A DNA stretch of 64,000 nt from an uncultured Verrucomicrobiae bacterium (GCA_963762565.1 CAVXLD010000005.1:224001-288000), one strand, 5' to 3'; shown: positions 8,420-20,157, numbered from the stretch's first letter. Made by a program: numbers and translations. Notes: generated by a model from the sequence alone, not told the origin.

Positions 8420-9832
8420 GTGAGTGCTACAGAGACGAGAATAGAGAAAGATTCCCTTGGCGAAGTCAGGGTCCCTGTCAACCGGTTATGGGGAGCGCAA
8501 ACCCAGCGTTCACTGGAACACTTCAGCATAGGCAAGGATTTAATTCCGCGCGAGATGATCAGCGCGTACGCGATTTTAAAGAAAGCTGCGGCTAACGCGA
8601 ACCATGCCGGCAAACGGCTGGATGAAAAACGTCACCAGCTCATCGTTCAAGTTTGCGACGAGATCCTCGCTGGCCAGCACCACGAGATGTTCCCTTTGCA
8701 TGTGTGGATGACCGGCAGCGGTACGCAGTTTAACATGAATGTTAACGAGGTGATTTCAAACCGGTGCTGTCAACTCGCGGGCACGCCGCTGGCCAGTAAA
8801 GATCCGGTCCATCCGAATGATCACGTCAACATGGCCCAATCATCCAACGACTCGTTTCCCTCTGCGATGTATATTGCGGCAGCGGTCAATACCAAGCAGA
8901 GGCTGATCCCGGCTGTGAAAGCGCTACACGATGCGATCAGGCTGAAGGTTGAGGAGTGGAAAGATGTCATCAAAATCGGTCGCACACATATGCAGGATGC
9001 GACCCCGTTGACGCTCGGTCAGGAGTGGTCCGGTTACGAAGGAATGCTCGCGGATAATGTCGAGCGGATCGAGGATGCGCTAAAGGGGGTCTACAAACTG
9101 GCGCTGGGCGGCACCGCCGTTGGCACTGGCATCAATTCCGCACCTGGTTTTGCTGAAGCCGCCGCGGCCGAGATCGCGCAGCTTGCCGGATTGCCGTTCG
9201 TTACGGCGCCGAACAAGTTTACCGTGCAAGGATCGCATGATGCTTTGGTCCAACTCTCCGGCACACTGCGTACGCTGGCGGTCTCTCTCTATAAAATGGG
9301 AAATGACATCCGGTTGATGTCTTGCGGCCCACGGACCGGGTTCGCCGAGCTTCTCATTCCGGAGAACGAACCGGGCTCGTCTATCATGCCGGGTAAGGTC
9401 AACCCGACGCAAGCCGAGGCCCTGACCATGATCGCGGTACAGGTAATGGCGAACGATGTGGCAGTGGGTTTTGGAGGTGCGGGCGGGTATCTGGAGATGA
9501 ACGTTTATAAACCATTGCTCATCTTCAATATCACTCACTCCATCACAATCATGACGGATGGTTGCACGAACTTCCGCAAGTTCTTGGTTGAAGGTACACG
9601 GCCGAACCTGAAGAAGATCAAGGAGTATGTAGATCGGTCGCTAATGTTGGTGACTGCGCTTGCTCCGGTTATTGGTTACGACAAAGCCTCTCAGATTGCT
9701 CACTATGCTATGGACCATGATCTGACCCTGAAGCAAGCCGCACTAAAGCTCGGCTTTGTAACCGAGCCGGAGTTTGATCGGGTTGTTGACCCCGCAAAAA
9801 TGGTGAAGCCATACGTGGCGGCTGAGAGCTAG
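8420..9832 (+). CDS. fumC: Class II fumarate hydratase
   Basis: [34 protein letters not shown] and the [11 protein letters not shown] signature. Confidence 0.97.
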   Translation: MSATETRIEKDSLGEVRVPVNRLWGAQTQRSLEHFSIGKDLIPREMISAYAILKKAAANANHAGKRLDEKRHQLIVQVCDEILAGQHHEMFPLHVWMTGSGTQFNMNVNEVISNRCCQLAGTPLASKDPVHPNDHVNMAQSSNDSFPSAMYIAAAVNTKQRLIPAVKALHDAIRLKVEEWKDVIKIGRTHMQDATPLTLGQEWSGYEGMLADNVERIEDALKGVYKLALGGTAVGTGINSAPGFAEAAAAEIAQLAGLPFVTAPNKFTVQGSHDALVQLSGTLRTLAVSLYKMGNDIRLMSCGPRTGFAELLIPENEPGSSIMPGKVNPTQAEALTMIAVQVMANDVAVGFGGAGGYLEMNVYKPLLIFNITHSITIMTDGCTNFRKFLVEGTRPNLKKIKEYVDRSLMLVTALAPVIGYDKASQIAHYAMDHDLTLKQAALKLGFVTEPEFDRVVDPAKMVKPYVAAES

Positions 9833-9865
9833 CCGTTGTCCCACAATTTTACGAACTCAACACCA

Positions 9866-10040
9866 GGGTGAAGGTCAAAGGTGAAAAGTGAAAGATGAAG
9901 GCGACGAGCATTGAGGATTTCGTTGAGCTCGGCCGAGGCAAGCTCAAAGCGAGTCGAATGGATTGTTAGTGATTAGTGAAGCATCACTGCTTCTCACCTT
10001 TGACCTTTCACTTTTGGCCCCTTGCGCCTTTGCGCGAGAT
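9866..10040. repeat. Palindromic element with heptamer arms (ggtgaag/ggtcaaa/ggtgaaa ... ctcacctttgacctttcactttt)
   Basis: Inverted degenerate 7-mer arrays. Confidence 0.7.
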
Positions 10041-10092
10041 TTGATTTCTTTCGGACTTTCAAAACTCAAGAACGGCGTAAGGCACCAAGATC

Positions 10093-10788
10093 ATGCAAAC
10101 CGGCCTGGGAGACAGTGCCTTCGGAACCTCACTTGGGCTCGCTTTTGTAGGTGGCTATGCAGATGCATCAAGCTTCTTAACTGTTAGTACGTTTACTGGA
10201 CACCTGACCGGGAATTGTGTTCTAGCTGCAGTCAGCGTTGCCACCAAAGAGTGGTATGTCGCTATGGATCGGCTATTGGCGGTGGCCGCTTTTTTGGGCG
10301 GGATTCTAGCAAGCTTGACCTTGAGCCGCTTTCTTCCTGTCTATACAAGACGTTACTCCTTGCCCTTAACCATGTTTATTGAGCTTGTCCTGGTCGGGGC
10401 CGCCTTTGTTTTTCTCTGGAACCATGCGAACAACGAATTATTCATTCTCTGCATGTGCTTGGCACTCGGCATGCAGAACGATGCTCTCCGAAATACCCAC
10501 CGAGTCAGCGTCCATTCCACCTATATGACCGGAATGGTAACAAGCCTCGTGCAGAAAGGTTTCGCCTACTTTTTATCCGAGCGGAATGCCGAAAGCAGAT
10601 CCTCAACAGATTCGGCGAGCACCGCCATTCGGATTCTAGCGCCAATGTGGATGAGTTTCATTCTTGGCGCAGTCGGAGGAGCTGTCATGGTTGCACGTTT
10701 TCACGCGCTCGGTCTCTTGGGAATGGTGCCGCTGCTTCTCGTGCTGATATGCGCAGAGATAAAGGTGAAATTGGCAACTGGCGGGTAG
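10093..10788 (+). CDS. YoaK/DUF1275 family membrane protein
   Basis: LAFVGGYADA, FTGHLTGN, ALGMQN and STYMTG motifs. Confidence 0.9.
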   Translation: MQTGLGDSAFGTSLGLAFVGGYADASSFLTVSTFTGHLTGNCVLAAVSVATKEWYVAMDRLLAVAAFLGGILASLTLSRFLPVYTRRYSLPLTMFIELVLVGAAFVFLWNHANNELFILCMCLALGMQNDALRNTHRVSVHSTYMTGMVTSLVQKGFAYFLSERNAESRSSTDSASTAIRILAPMWMSFILGAVGGAVMVARFHALGLLGMVPLLLVLICAEIKVKLATGG

Positions 10789-10900
10789 CAGGTTGCCGGC
10801 GGTCCAGCTCGTTTTGCGCCTTTTAAGGACGCCCAGATAAGGACAGTCTTGTGAAGAATAGCGAAGTTAGAATAGAAAGAGATTCTCCCAGGCAAAAGTA

Positions 10901-12169
10901 ATGGATGACCATTCGCCATTACCCGTTCGTGACGTGAGACTATCGCAGCCCCAGTTGGCGGCGCTGGATCTAATATTACAATGTGGGAAGCTTCTTTTCG
11001 CGAACGGACAGACAACAGAGAGAATCATCTCCGCGCTGAGAGAGTTGGCTACTGTCGGCGGCTTTCAAGCCGCGGTCTTTGCGGAGTGGGGAGAACTTAG
11101 AGTGCGCCTGGAAAGCGACATAGCCTCGTATTCCGAGACGATCGCCGTAGAACCGGCTGGCGTGGACATGAGCAAGGTGGCCGCCACGATGAACTTGATC
11201 GATAAGGTGTGCGAGGGAAACATGGATCTCGGCGTCGCGGGATCTGCTTTACAAAAAATTTCTGCATCGGGGCCGGTTCCATTGGTGCGCTTCGCCGTAT
11301 TAGCAGGAGCTGGCGCCGCGGCTCTAGGTGTAATTTTTGGTGTAGATCATCCAGCAGGCCTGGTTCTGATTGCGCTTATTGCTGGTGCCGGCGCTTGTCT
11401 GCGGAGATGGCTGTCTAGGCTAAGTCGTAACCTGTTCGTACAGCCGTTTTGCGCCGCTTTTTTAGCCGGCGTCGCCGGAGCGATTGCCGTCCGCCTGAAC
11501 CTTGGCTCCGACCAAAGACTAATTGCGGTCTGCCCCTGTATGATCCTGGTTCCAGGCCCGCACCTTTTGAGCGGCGCGCTGGACCTAGCCCGGGCTCGAA
11601 TCCCCCTCGGCATCGCCCGAATCGTCTACGCTACTGTGGTTACCCTCACCATCTCGACGGGGCTGGTATTGGGACTTGCTTTGGGAGGTGTTGGACTGCC
11701 GCCGTCAGGTGCCTTGGGGGCCATACCATTTGGATATGATGTTTTGGCGGCCGGAGTGGCCGTTGCGGCATACGGCACTTTTTTTAATATGTCATGGCAG
11801 ACATTGCCGATCCCTATAGTGGTCGGAATGCTCGCACACGGATGCCGTTGGGGCGCAATCACTCTGGCAGGCGTGAACCCGGCAACCGGAGCACTGCTAG
11901 CGTGTCTGATCGTCGGGACTCTAATGACGCCGATTGCTGATCGTTTGCGACTGCCGTTTGCGGGGCTCGCTTTCGCATCAGTCGTCTCCTTGATTCCGGG
12001 GTCCTACCTTTTTCGGATGGCCGGTGGAATGGCTAGTGTGCTCGCCGCCGGGGCAAAGGCTAGTCCCGAGCTTTTCTTCCAAGTTATGGCTGACGCAACC
12101 AGCGCGATTCTAATCGTCGTGGCGATGACCTTTGGCTTGGTCATTCCTCGTCTCCTGTCCGATAAATAG
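10901..12169 (+). CDS. Threonine/serine exporter (ThrE) family protein
   Basis: GKLLFANGQTT N-domain, MILVPG and SLIPG repeats, about 10 TM helices. Confidence 0.85.
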   Translation: MDDHSPLPVRDVRLSQPQLAALDLILQCGKLLFANGQTTERIISALRELATVGGFQAAVFAEWGELRVRLESDIASYSETIAVEPAGVDMSKVAATMNLIDKVCEGNMDLGVAGSALQKISASGPVPLVRFAVLAGAGAAALGVIFGVDHPAGLVLIALIAGAGACLRRWLSRLSRNLFVQPFCAAFLAGVAGAIAVRLNLGSDQRLIAVCPCMILVPGPHLLSGALDLARARIPLGIARIVYATVVTLTISTGLVLGLALGGVGLPPSGALGAIPFGYDVLAAGVAVAAYGTFFNMSWQTLPIPIVVGMLAHGCRWGAITLAGVNPATGALLACLIVGTLMTPIADRLRLPFAGLAFASVVSLIPGSYLFRMAGGMASVLAAGAKASPELFFQVMADATSAILIVVAMTFGLVIPRLLSDK

Positions 12170-12402
12170 CATGGCTTTCGCCGCGCTCTAGCTTGACCAC
12201 GGGTACTACGGACACGGAACGACTTTTTGGTCGCACGATATTTCGACCTTTTTTTTAGCCGCAGGATATAGGTGTAAGATGCTAAGCAAGAGCATCTTAT
12301 GAATTGATTGAGTTCTTGGCACGTTACCTGATTAAGGGTTTGGCCGTACCGAAACGATACCTCAACACGAAATCGCTTCCCCAAAAAACAAGAAAAAACG
12401 CG

Positions 12403-14085
12403 ATGAAGTACTCGATGAAAATCAACGTTCCTGCCGGACTCCGGGGGATGGATCTGTTGGATACGCCGCTGTGGAATAAGGGAACAGCGTTTAGTGACAA
12501 TGAACGGGTGACGCTTAGCCTGGAAGGGCTCTTGCCGCCACAGATCGAATCGATTGAGGAACAGTCAGCCCGTGCTTACGAGGCGTACCAGGCAAAGACG
12601 ACGGATCTCGAGCGCCATATCTATTTGCGCCAGTTGCAAGATGCGAACGAGGTCCTGTTCTATCGCCTGATGCTGGATCATGTCGAGGAAATGATGCCGA
12701 TGGTTTACACACCCACGGTTGGCCTGGCCTGCCAGCAGTTTAGTCATATTTACCGCCGACCGCGTGGTCTATTTGTTTCCTATCCTTTGCGCGACTCGAT
12801 TCCTACCATTTTGCGGAATCGACCTAACCCTGAGGTTGATGTCATCGTAGTGACGGATGGCGAGCGAATCCTGGGACTAGGGGACCAGGGCGTTGGGGGC
12901 CTGGGTATTCCCATTGGCAAGCTATCGCTTTACACTTTGATTGGTGGAATTCATCCATCAAGGACTCTGCCGATCGTTTTGGACGTCGGTACGAATAATC
13001 AAGAACGATTGAATGATCCTGAATACCTCGGTTGGCGTCACGAGAGAATCGGTGGGCAAGAGTATCTCGATTTCGTAGACCGCTTCGTGCAGGCCGTGAA
13101 GCAGGAGTTACCTGATACCTGTCTGCAATGGGAGGATTTTGCGACTCCCCATGCCCGTCCATTGTTGCTACGTTATCAAAACGATCTTTTGACCTTCAAT
13201 GACGATGTCCAAGGGACGGCCGCGGTCGTCTTGGGAGCCGCTGTAGGCGCATCCAAAGTCGCCCAGAAAAACATGAAGGATCACAAGATCGTTTTCGTTG
13301 GCGCCGGCTCAGCGGCAATCGGTGTAGCCGATTACCTTCGCTTTGCCATGATCGAAGAAGGCCTTTCCGACAAGGAAGCTCGTGCTCGCTTTTGGATCAT
13401 CGACAGAGAGGGGCTGTTAGATAGTGATCGCCGGAATCTTTCGGATGAGCAAAAAACTTATGTGCGAGATCGGAACGAAACCGCCAATTGGCCACGCAAT
13501 CCGCATGGTCAAGTTGGTCTAACGGAGGTGATCGGTCAGATCGACGCTACCGTGTTGATTGGCTTATCGACCGTGAAAGGTATTTTCTCTGAGTCGATCG
13601 TTCGGGAGATGGCTCGAAAGACTGAACGACCGATTATCTTTCCTCTGTCGAACCCTACGAGCCATTCCGAGGCCGAGCCTGGGGAGCTTTTGGCCTGGAC
13701 TGATGGTCGAGCGCTGGTTGCCACCGGGTCTCCGTTCGCGCCGGTGAAATACGGGAGTAGGAGTATCGCAATCGCCCAATGCAACAATGTCTTTATCTTC
13801 CCTGCAGTAGGCCTCGGCTTGGTCGCTTCAGAAGCTCGGAGGGTGACAGATAAAATGATGCTGGCAGGAGCGAAAGCCCTCGGTGAGCAGTCGCCCGCAC
13901 TAAAAGATCCATCGGCTTCTTTATTACCGAACGTCGGGACGATCCGAGCAGTCGCGCTTGAGGTCGCTTATGGCGTTGCGCGGAGAGCGCAGGAAGAGGG
14001 TTTGGCGGCTGAATCTAAACCGGAGGCGCTTCGGCAAGCCTTGGTTGAGAGTCAATGGAGCCCGGAATACGCGGTTGAAGCGTGA
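12403..14085 (+). CDS. maeA: NAD-dependent malic enzyme
   Basis: NKGTAF, VYTPTVG, TDGERILGLGDQG, FNDDVQGT, GAGSA and PLSNPT motifs; start placed at MKYSM. Confidence 0.95.
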   Translation: MKYSMKINVPAGLRGMDLLDTPLWNKGTAFSDNERVTLSLEGLLPPQIESIEEQSARAYEAYQAKTTDLERHIYLRQLQDANEVLFYRLMLDHVEEMMPMVYTPTVGLACQQFSHIYRRPRGLFVSYPLRDSIPTILRNRPNPEVDVIVVTDGERILGLGDQGVGGLGIPIGKLSLYTLIGGIHPSRTLPIVLDVGTNNQERLNDPEYLGWRHERIGGQEYLDFVDRFVQAVKQELPDTCLQWEDFATPHARPLLLRYQNDLLTFNDDVQGTAAVVLGAAVGASKVAQKNMKDHKIVFVGAGSAAIGVADYLRFAMIEEGLSDKEARARFWIIDREGLLDSDRRNLSDEQKTYVRDRNETANWPRNPHGQVGLTEVIGQIDATVLIGLSTVKGIFSESIVREMARKTERPIIFPLSNPTSHSEAEPGELLAWTDGRALVATGSPFAPVKYGSRSIAIAQCNNVFIFPAVGLGLVASEARRVTDKMMLAGAKALGEQSPALKDPSASLLPNVGTIRAVALEVAYGVARRAQEEGLAAESKPEALRQALVESQWSPEYAVEA

Positions 14086-14288
14086 CTCCGCCTGCATGGG
14101 CGCCGCCTATTAAAACCGATGTTTAGCCGGATTCCGCAAAAGATTCGCGACCGATAAGACCAATACTTTTGTCCACTAGATTTAGCCGCAATTCTCCGCT
14201 TAGTTCGGTCGGGTAGTCGAAATCGCGTTCACCAAGAGCTAGGTCATTCTTTTCGTTCACTGCGGTTAGTGGCCAAAAAATCCCTCGT

Positions 14289-15656
14289 ATGGAAGCTTCA
14301 TTAACAGATGCAGCCTTCTGGCATCGAGTCCAATTTGGATTCACCATCACTTATCACTATCTATTTCCCCAACTTACTATGGGGCTTGCGTGGTTCCTGG
14401 TTTATTGGAAATGGCGAGCTCTGCGAACCGGGGACGAGAAGTATAATCGAGCGGCGCGATTCTGGGCCCGAATCTTTGGACTCAACTTTGCCGTCGGTGT
14501 GGTCACAGGGATCCCGATGGAGTTCCAGTTCGGCACTAACTGGGCTGAGTTCTCCAAGTATTCCGGGGCGATTATTGGTCAGACGCTCGCGATGGAGGCA
14601 ATGTTTGCGTTCTTTCTCGAGAGCGCTTTCATTGGCGCATTAATCTGGGGCGAGAAACGGCTTGGGCCGCGAAACCATTTCTTGGCCGCCGTCGGCGTTG
14701 CTACTGGTAGTTGGTTGTCCGGGTTTTTTATCCTGGTCACGAATGCCTTTATGCAGCACCCAGTCGGATACGCGATCACGCCTGATGGCACCCTCGCGCT
14801 GACGGATGTCTGGGCGTTTGTCCTCAATCCCTGGGCCCTGGTTGAGTACTCACACAATCAGTGCGCAGCTTTGGTGACTGGGGCATTTGCCGTCTCCGGA
14901 TTGGGAGCATTCTACGCTTTGCGCGGGATCCATTCTGAACAAGCCAGTGTTTACCTGAAGACGGGAACATTGGTCGGCCTAGTTGCTTCTGTGCTGGTCG
15001 CGTTTCCGACCGGTGACTCTGAAGCGAAGATGGTCGGAAGCTATCAGCCGGCGACTTTGGCATCGATGGAAGGGCTTTTCCACGGTACGCGTCTCGCTGA
15101 TGTCAGCATGATCGGTCAACCGAACGTTGGTCAACAGCGTTTGGAAAATCCTATCGGATTCCCGGGCGCATTGAGCTTCTTAGCCTACGGAACCTTTCAG
15201 AGTTATGTCAGGGGGCTCGATGAGTTTCCCAAGGACGATTGGCCCGACAATATCGAGCTAATCTATTATGCTTTTCATATTATGATTACGCTGGGCACGA
15301 TCTTTATCCTGATCATGGCCTGGGCCAACTGGAAACGCTGGCGCGGCCGCTTGGAATCAAGCACTGCTCTTCTTTGGGTCCTTATGCTGGCGTTTCCGTT
15401 TCCTTATATTGCGACTAGCTTGGGTTGGATGACCGCGGAAATGGGCCGGCAACCTTGGCTGATTCATGGCTTGTTCCGGACTAACAGCGGCTATAGCCAC
15501 GTTGTGAGCGCCGGCGATACCATCTTCACCCTCATCGGTTTTGTCGGACTCTACTTTGTGCTCGGTCTTCTCTTTCTTTATCTTACAGGGCGCGAGATTT
15601 ATAAAGGTCCGGACGCAGAACACGGCGTCCCTGGACACCAGGAGGTGTCAGTATGA
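14289..15656 (+). CDS. cydA: Cytochrome bd oxidase subunit I
   Basis: HYLFP, EFQFGTNW, NAFMQHP and GWMTAEMGRQPW motifs. Confidence 0.96.
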   Translation: MEASLTDAAFWHRVQFGFTITYHYLFPQLTMGLAWFLVYWKWRALRTGDEKYNRAARFWARIFGLNFAVGVVTGIPMEFQFGTNWAEFSKYSGAIIGQTLAMEAMFAFFLESAFIGALIWGEKRLGPRNHFLAAVGVATGSWLSGFFILVTNAFMQHPVGYAITPDGTLALTDVWAFVLNPWALVEYSHNQCAALVTGAFAVSGLGAFYALRGIHSEQASVYLKTGTLVGLVASVLVAFPTGDSEAKMVGSYQPATLASMEGLFHGTRLADVSMIGQPNVGQQRLENPIGFPGALSFLAYGTFQSYVRGLDEFPKDDWPDNIELIYYAFHIMITLGTIFILIMAWANWKRWRGRLESSTALLWVLMLAFPFPYIATSLGWMTAEMGRQPWLIHGLFRTNSGYSHVVSAGDTIFTLIGFVGLYFVLGLLFLYLTGREIYKGPDAEHGVPGHQEVSV

Positions 15657-16702
15657 TCGCGCTCTGGTACGGAATTCTGGCGTTCATGTTGACGACTTAT
15701 ATTGTGCTGGATGGCCGCAATTTCGGGGTCGGCGTCCTGCATTGGATCGTAGCTCGTAATCAGCAAGAAAGGCGGCAAGTGATCGCTGCCATCGGACCGT
15801 TGTGGTCTTGGCACGAAGTTTGGTTAGTGGGTACGGGCGGCGTCATGATAATGGCTTTTCCTCGCTTGATGTCGGCCTCATTTTCCGGGTGTTATCTGGC
15901 CTTGATGCTGATACTTTGGTGCCTGTTGCTGCGTGGCATCTCCATCGAAGTGGGAGGCCATATGCCGGACCGGCTTTGGCAGGAATTCTGGGATGCAGTT
16001 TTCGTTTTCAGCAACGTCTTGCTGTCGGTGTTATTCGGTGCGGCGTTTGGCAATGTCGCTCGGGGGGTACCCCTGACCACCGATAGCACATTTTACCTAC
16101 CATTCTTTACTAACTTCGGCATTACCGGGAATGTCGGTTTGCTGGATTGGTACACCGTGCCAATAGCGCTTTTTTGCGTTCTCATCTTGGCCGCTCACGG
16201 AGCAACCTACCTTACCATGAAAACTACAGGGACGGTTCACGAGCGATCAGTAAAGTTAGCTCGCAGACTTTGGGTAGGAGTGGGTCCTGCTTTTATCATC
16301 ATCACCATACTGACTTGGCTTGTGCGCCCGGAATTATTGGAAGGGATTGCGGTTCGTCCGTTGTCCTGGGTAACGCTCATCATCGTCGGGGCAAGCGTCT
16401 GGGCACTTGTGACCGGTCTGCGCTACGCGCGCGAACGCCTGGCTGTGCTGGGCTCTAGTTTTTTGCTGTTTGGAATCTTGATGACGGGAGCGGCTGCACT
16501 ATTCCCTGTCATGCTGTTCTCAACAACGGATGCCGGTCTTCGATTGACAGCCGCTGAATGCGCCGCGCCCACATTTAGTCTGGCAATTGGCGTTGCTTGG
16601 TGGATCCCGGCGTTAATCCTGGCGTTTGTGTATCTCTATATCATTCAGAGACATTATTCAGGTAAAGTGAATGTCTCGAAAGACAATCAAGGGCTCTACT
16701 AA
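15653..16702 (+). CDS. cydB: Cytochrome bd oxidase subunit II
   Basis: YIVLDG, IGPLW..HEVWL and LRGISIE motifs; ATGA overlap with cydA. Confidence 0.93.
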   Translation: MIALWYGILAFMLTTYIVLDGRNFGVGVLHWIVARNQQERRQVIAAIGPLWSWHEVWLVGTGGVMIMAFPRLMSASFSGCYLALMLILWCLLLRGISIEVGGHMPDRLWQEFWDAVFVFSNVLLSVLFGAAFGNVARGVPLTTDSTFYLPFFTNFGITGNVGLLDWYTVPIALFCVLILAAHGATYLTMKTTGTVHERSVKLARRLWVGVGPAFIIITILTWLVRPELLEGIAVRPLSWVTLIIVGASVWALVTGLRYARERLAVLGSSFLLFGILMTGAAALFPVMLFSTTDAGLRLTAAECAAPTFSLAIGVAWWIPALILAFVYLYIIQRHYSGKVNVSKDNQGLY

Positions 16703-16883
16703 CGCCGAACTCGCTGAGGCTCGTTCGGAATAGCAGATAGCAGATAGCAAATAGCAGATGGCGCTGTGAGTTACCCCGCATTGGGTAGCTAGGACTATCT
16801 GTTATTTGCTAATTGAAGGAGCCTCAGCGACTGAAACGGGTCCGGATTTCGGACGTCCCAAATTTCAGCCCGGCGATCATTCA
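16700..16883. repeat. MITE-like hairpin element (family B), copy 1
   Basis: 16 bp inverted repeats tcgctgaggctc(g/c)ttc / gaaggagcctcagcga enclosing ATAGCAG heptamer arms; direct homolog at 20155. Confidence 0.88.
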
Positions 16884-16938
16884 ATCCTGTATTGCCTAAT
16901 TGCCTGAAATACAACGAGTTATGAGGTTGTGCTGAGAG

Positions 16939-16953
16939 TGGTGCGCAACCTGC
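16939..16953 (+). promoter_or_regulatory. Sigma54-like motif TGGTGCGCAACCTGC upstream of emrA
   Basis: Correct GG-N10-GC spacing; homologous to 20422-20436; IHF-like tacaacgagtta upstream. Confidence 0.45.
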
Positions 16954-17052
16954 GTTGCCACATCGGCCATGAAGATGAGCCCTTTAAAGGTAGCGGAGCA
17001 AAAACCGAGGGTAAGCAAGGATCAGCGGGTAAGGGGAGGTTCTTAATGTCAC

Positions 17053-18537
17053 ATGGACCCCTCCATGAAAAAGAGCTCCGATTCGTCTGCGTCATCTAAT
17101 CAACATGCGGTTTCGGACCAGCCATCGAACCCAACGGTCAAGCTGCCGCGTAAGCGTCGACGTTGGCCGATCTTAGTCGGGATAGTAGTGGGGGCGATCG
17201 TCCTTTTCATTGGAATCCCGCTTGTCATCCGCGCGTTTAACACCATCTCGACCGATGACGCCTATGTGAATGGGTATGTGACCTTCGTCGCCCCGCGAGT
17301 CAGCGGTCAGGTAACCCGTGTTTTAGTCGAAGACAATAATCGGGTGAAAAAAGGCGACGTGCTCGTTGAGCTTGACCCAAAGCCGTACCAGGTGCAGGTC
17401 GCGATTAAACAGGCAGCGGTTGATACCGCCCAGGCGAACCTGGCGTTAGCGCAAGATAACGTGCGAGGCTTGATCGGCCAGGCGCGGAGCAACCGTTTCA
17501 AACTCGCTCACGCCATCGAGGACGTCGACAATCAGATCGCGTTGCTCCGAGCCCGGGTTGCCACCTGGGAGCAAGAAAAGGCAACTCTGGTACTGGCCCA
17601 GCAGGAGTTTGACCGGGCTGAACGCTTGCTCGCAACGAAGGTCGTGAGCCAAGAGGACTATGACGAGAGGCGAGAGGCACTGGAGGTCGCCAAAGCACGG
17701 GTGGCGCAGGCGCTGGAGTCGGTTTACCAGGCGCGCGTTGCTCTCGGGCTGGAACCCCAACCTTCCGAAGGAAAGACGCTGGCCGATGTGCCGGAAGATC
17801 TCGACCAGACGTTCTCCTCGGTTCGCCAAGCCCAGTCAGAGCTTCGTCAAAGCGCTGCTCAGCTTGGTGTCTTTCCATCGTCTTACGATCTGACACCCAA
17901 GCAAATGTTGGACGAGTTCCATCGGCGCGATCCTGGCGGGAGCCTTGATCGAATCTATGCCGAGATCGTCAAGACTGCCCCAACTCTAAAAGTAGCTGAA
18001 ACGAATTTGGTACAGGCCCAAAGCGATTTGGATGACGCAAATCTCAATCTAAGCTACTGCACAGTCTACGCGGAAATTGATGGCGTTATTACCCGCCGCA
18101 ACGTGAATCCCGGCGATAACCTTGAGGCCAGACAAAGCGTCATGGCCATCCGTTCGCTGCGCGATATCTGGATAGACGCGAATTTCAAGGAGACCCAGCT
18201 CCGGGAATTGCGGATTGGCCAACACGTAGATCTGGAACTGGATATGTATGGCGGCAAACACCTGTTTGAGGGACGCATCTCCGGGTTCACTTTCGGTACT
18301 GGCTCTACGTTGGCATTACTGCCGCCAGAGAACGCCACCGGTAATTTCGTCAAAGTAGTACAGCGACTGCCGGTTCGAATCGACGTGATCAATTACGATC
18401 CCGACAAGCTGCCACTCTTCGTTGGGCTGTCGGTAACCCCAACCGTGGATTTGAGGAGCGCTCCTACCGGCCCGAATGCCGGAAAGTTTCTTCAGGCGCC
18501 GGAACAAAGCGTGGGGTCCGTTAGCCCGACGCCATGA
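17053..18537 (+). CDS. emrA: HlyD/EmrA family efflux adaptor protein
   Basis: STDDAYV, VAPRVSGQV, ANFKETQL and LLPPENATGNFVKVVQRLPVRI motifs. Confidence 0.92.
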   Translation: MDPSMKKSSDSSASSNQHAVSDQPSNPTVKLPRKRRRWPILVGIVVGAIVLFIGIPLVIRAFNTISTDDAYVNGYVTFVAPRVSGQVTRVLVEDNNRVKKGDVLVELDPKPYQVQVAIKQAAVDTAQANLALAQDNVRGLIGQARSNRFKLAHAIEDVDNQIALLRARVATWEQEKATLVLAQQEFDRAERLLATKVVSQEDYDERREALEVAKARVAQALESVYQARVALGLEPQPSEGKTLADVPEDLDQTFSSVRQAQSELRQSAAQLGVFPSSYDLTPKQMLDEFHRRDPGGSLDRIYAEIVKTAPTLKVAETNLVQAQSDLDDANLNLSYCTVYAEIDGVITRRNVNPGDNLEARQSVMAIRSLRDIWIDANFKETQLRELRIGQHVDLELDMYGGKHLFEGRISGFTFGTGSTLALLPPENATGNFVKVVQRLPVRIDVINYDPDKLPLFVGLSVTPTVDLRSAPTGPNAGKFLQAPEQSVGSVSPTP

Positions 18538-20157
18538 ATACCAGTAGCCCTGCCGTACCGGTGCCCTTTGAGCCCGCCGGTGCTCGAGTATTTAACCCGT
18601 GGCTCATTGCACTCGCAGTGGTGGTGCCGACTTTTATGGAGGTGCTCGATACCACCATTGCCAATGTGGCGCTGCGCTATATTGCCGGAGGGCTCTCTGC
18701 AGCCGTTACCGATAGCGAATGGGTCATTACTAGTTATCTGGCTGCTAACGCGATCATCCTGCCGATCTCCGGTTGGCTTGCCGCGTATTTGGGACGCCGG
18801 AACTATTTTCTGCTCTCCATCGCTGTCTTTACCATCAGCTCCATGATGTGCGGCATGGCGACGAGTCTCGACCAGTTGATCTTCTTCCGGGTGCTGCAAG
18901 GTCTCGCCGGCGGTGGTCTTCAACCCTCCAGCCAGGCGATTCTGCTGGATAGCTTTCCTCCCGAAAAGCAGGGCGCCGCCCAGACTCTCTTTGGCGTTGC
19001 GGCATTGCTGGCGCCGGTGATCGGACCAACCCTGGGGGGTTACATCACCGATGCGTATTCCTGGCGGTGGATCTTCTATATCAATGTGCCGGCGGGTGCG
19101 CTCGGCATTGTTTCTCTGCTGGATCATGGTGCAAGACCCCGACTACCTCCGCGACCAACGGAAAGGACTCAGGAAGCAGCCGCTGAATTTCGATTTCATT
19201 GGCCTTAGCCTCCTGGTGCTCACGATCGTCTGCTGGGAAGTGGTGTTAAGCAAGGGGCAGGAGTGGGATTGGCTCAGTGACGCTTTCGGACGCGTGCAGG
19301 TTTTACTCGCCCTTTTTTTAATTGCCGGCGCCAGCCTGGTGTTTTGGGAAACGCGTCGCGCTAGCCCCATCGTCAATTTCCGGCCGCTCCGTGATCGGAA
19401 CTTTATTTTTTCTTCGCTGATTATTTTCCTTTCCTTCGCCGTGCTCTACGGGACTAGCACCCTTTTGCCGGCCTTATTGGAATCGCTTTTTGGCTACGAC
19501 GCTTTCCATGCCGGCCTCGTTCTTTCTCCATCCGGCGTTTCTGCGATTCTGGCCCTGATCGTCGTTGGCGCTTTGCTGGGTCGCAGAGTAGATGCGCGCT
19601 GGCTGATTGCCGCCGGCTTATTGATTCTCGCCGCTGGTAATTACTGGATGTCGCAACTCAACCTGAATATTTCCCCTTGGCAGGCCGTGTGGCCGCGAGT
19701 GGTCATGATAGCCGGCTTGGGTATGATCTTCGCCCCGCTGAATGTTGCGGCTTATCTCTACATCCCGCTTCCCTTGCGCGGTGCGGCCGTCGGCCTCTTC
19801 GCGCTGCTCCGGAACGAGGGCGGTAGCTTCGGCACTTCGATGGGCCAGACTATCATCGAACGCCGCGAGATATTCCATGCGCTGCGGCTGAACGAACACC
19901 TCGGTCGGCTGAACCCCGCAGTGCGTTCCTACTTTGGCCAGGTCCAACCAGGCTTCCTGCAACAAACAGGAGATCCAGCGGCTTCGCACTGGATGGCTCT
20001 ACAGTCACTTGAAGATCTCCGCGAACAACAGGCCTCGGCTCTTGCCTATTTTGACGCGTTTCTGATTTTCGCGGTGGTTGCCGTTGTACTCGCCTTTCTG
20101 GTGGTGCTGATGAAACGCTCCGTTGCTGAAAAAGGGGCCCGTCTCGCCGCTGAGTAA
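18534..20157 (+). pseudogene. emrB: DHA2/EmrB MFS efflux pump split by a +1 frameshift near 19104
   Basis: N-half (FMEVLDTTIANVAL, WRWIFYINVP) is in the 18534 frame and C-half (D.IGL, LRNEGGSFG) in the 19051 frame; removing one G in ctcggcattg gives a continuous ...GALALFLCWIMVQDP. Confidence 0.85.

Noticed and set aside
16696..16883. Integron attC site (TAAC at stop codons of cydB, emrB and others)
   Set aside because: No matching GTTRRRY end box or attC-like stem, no integrase, and the genes are ordinary operon members
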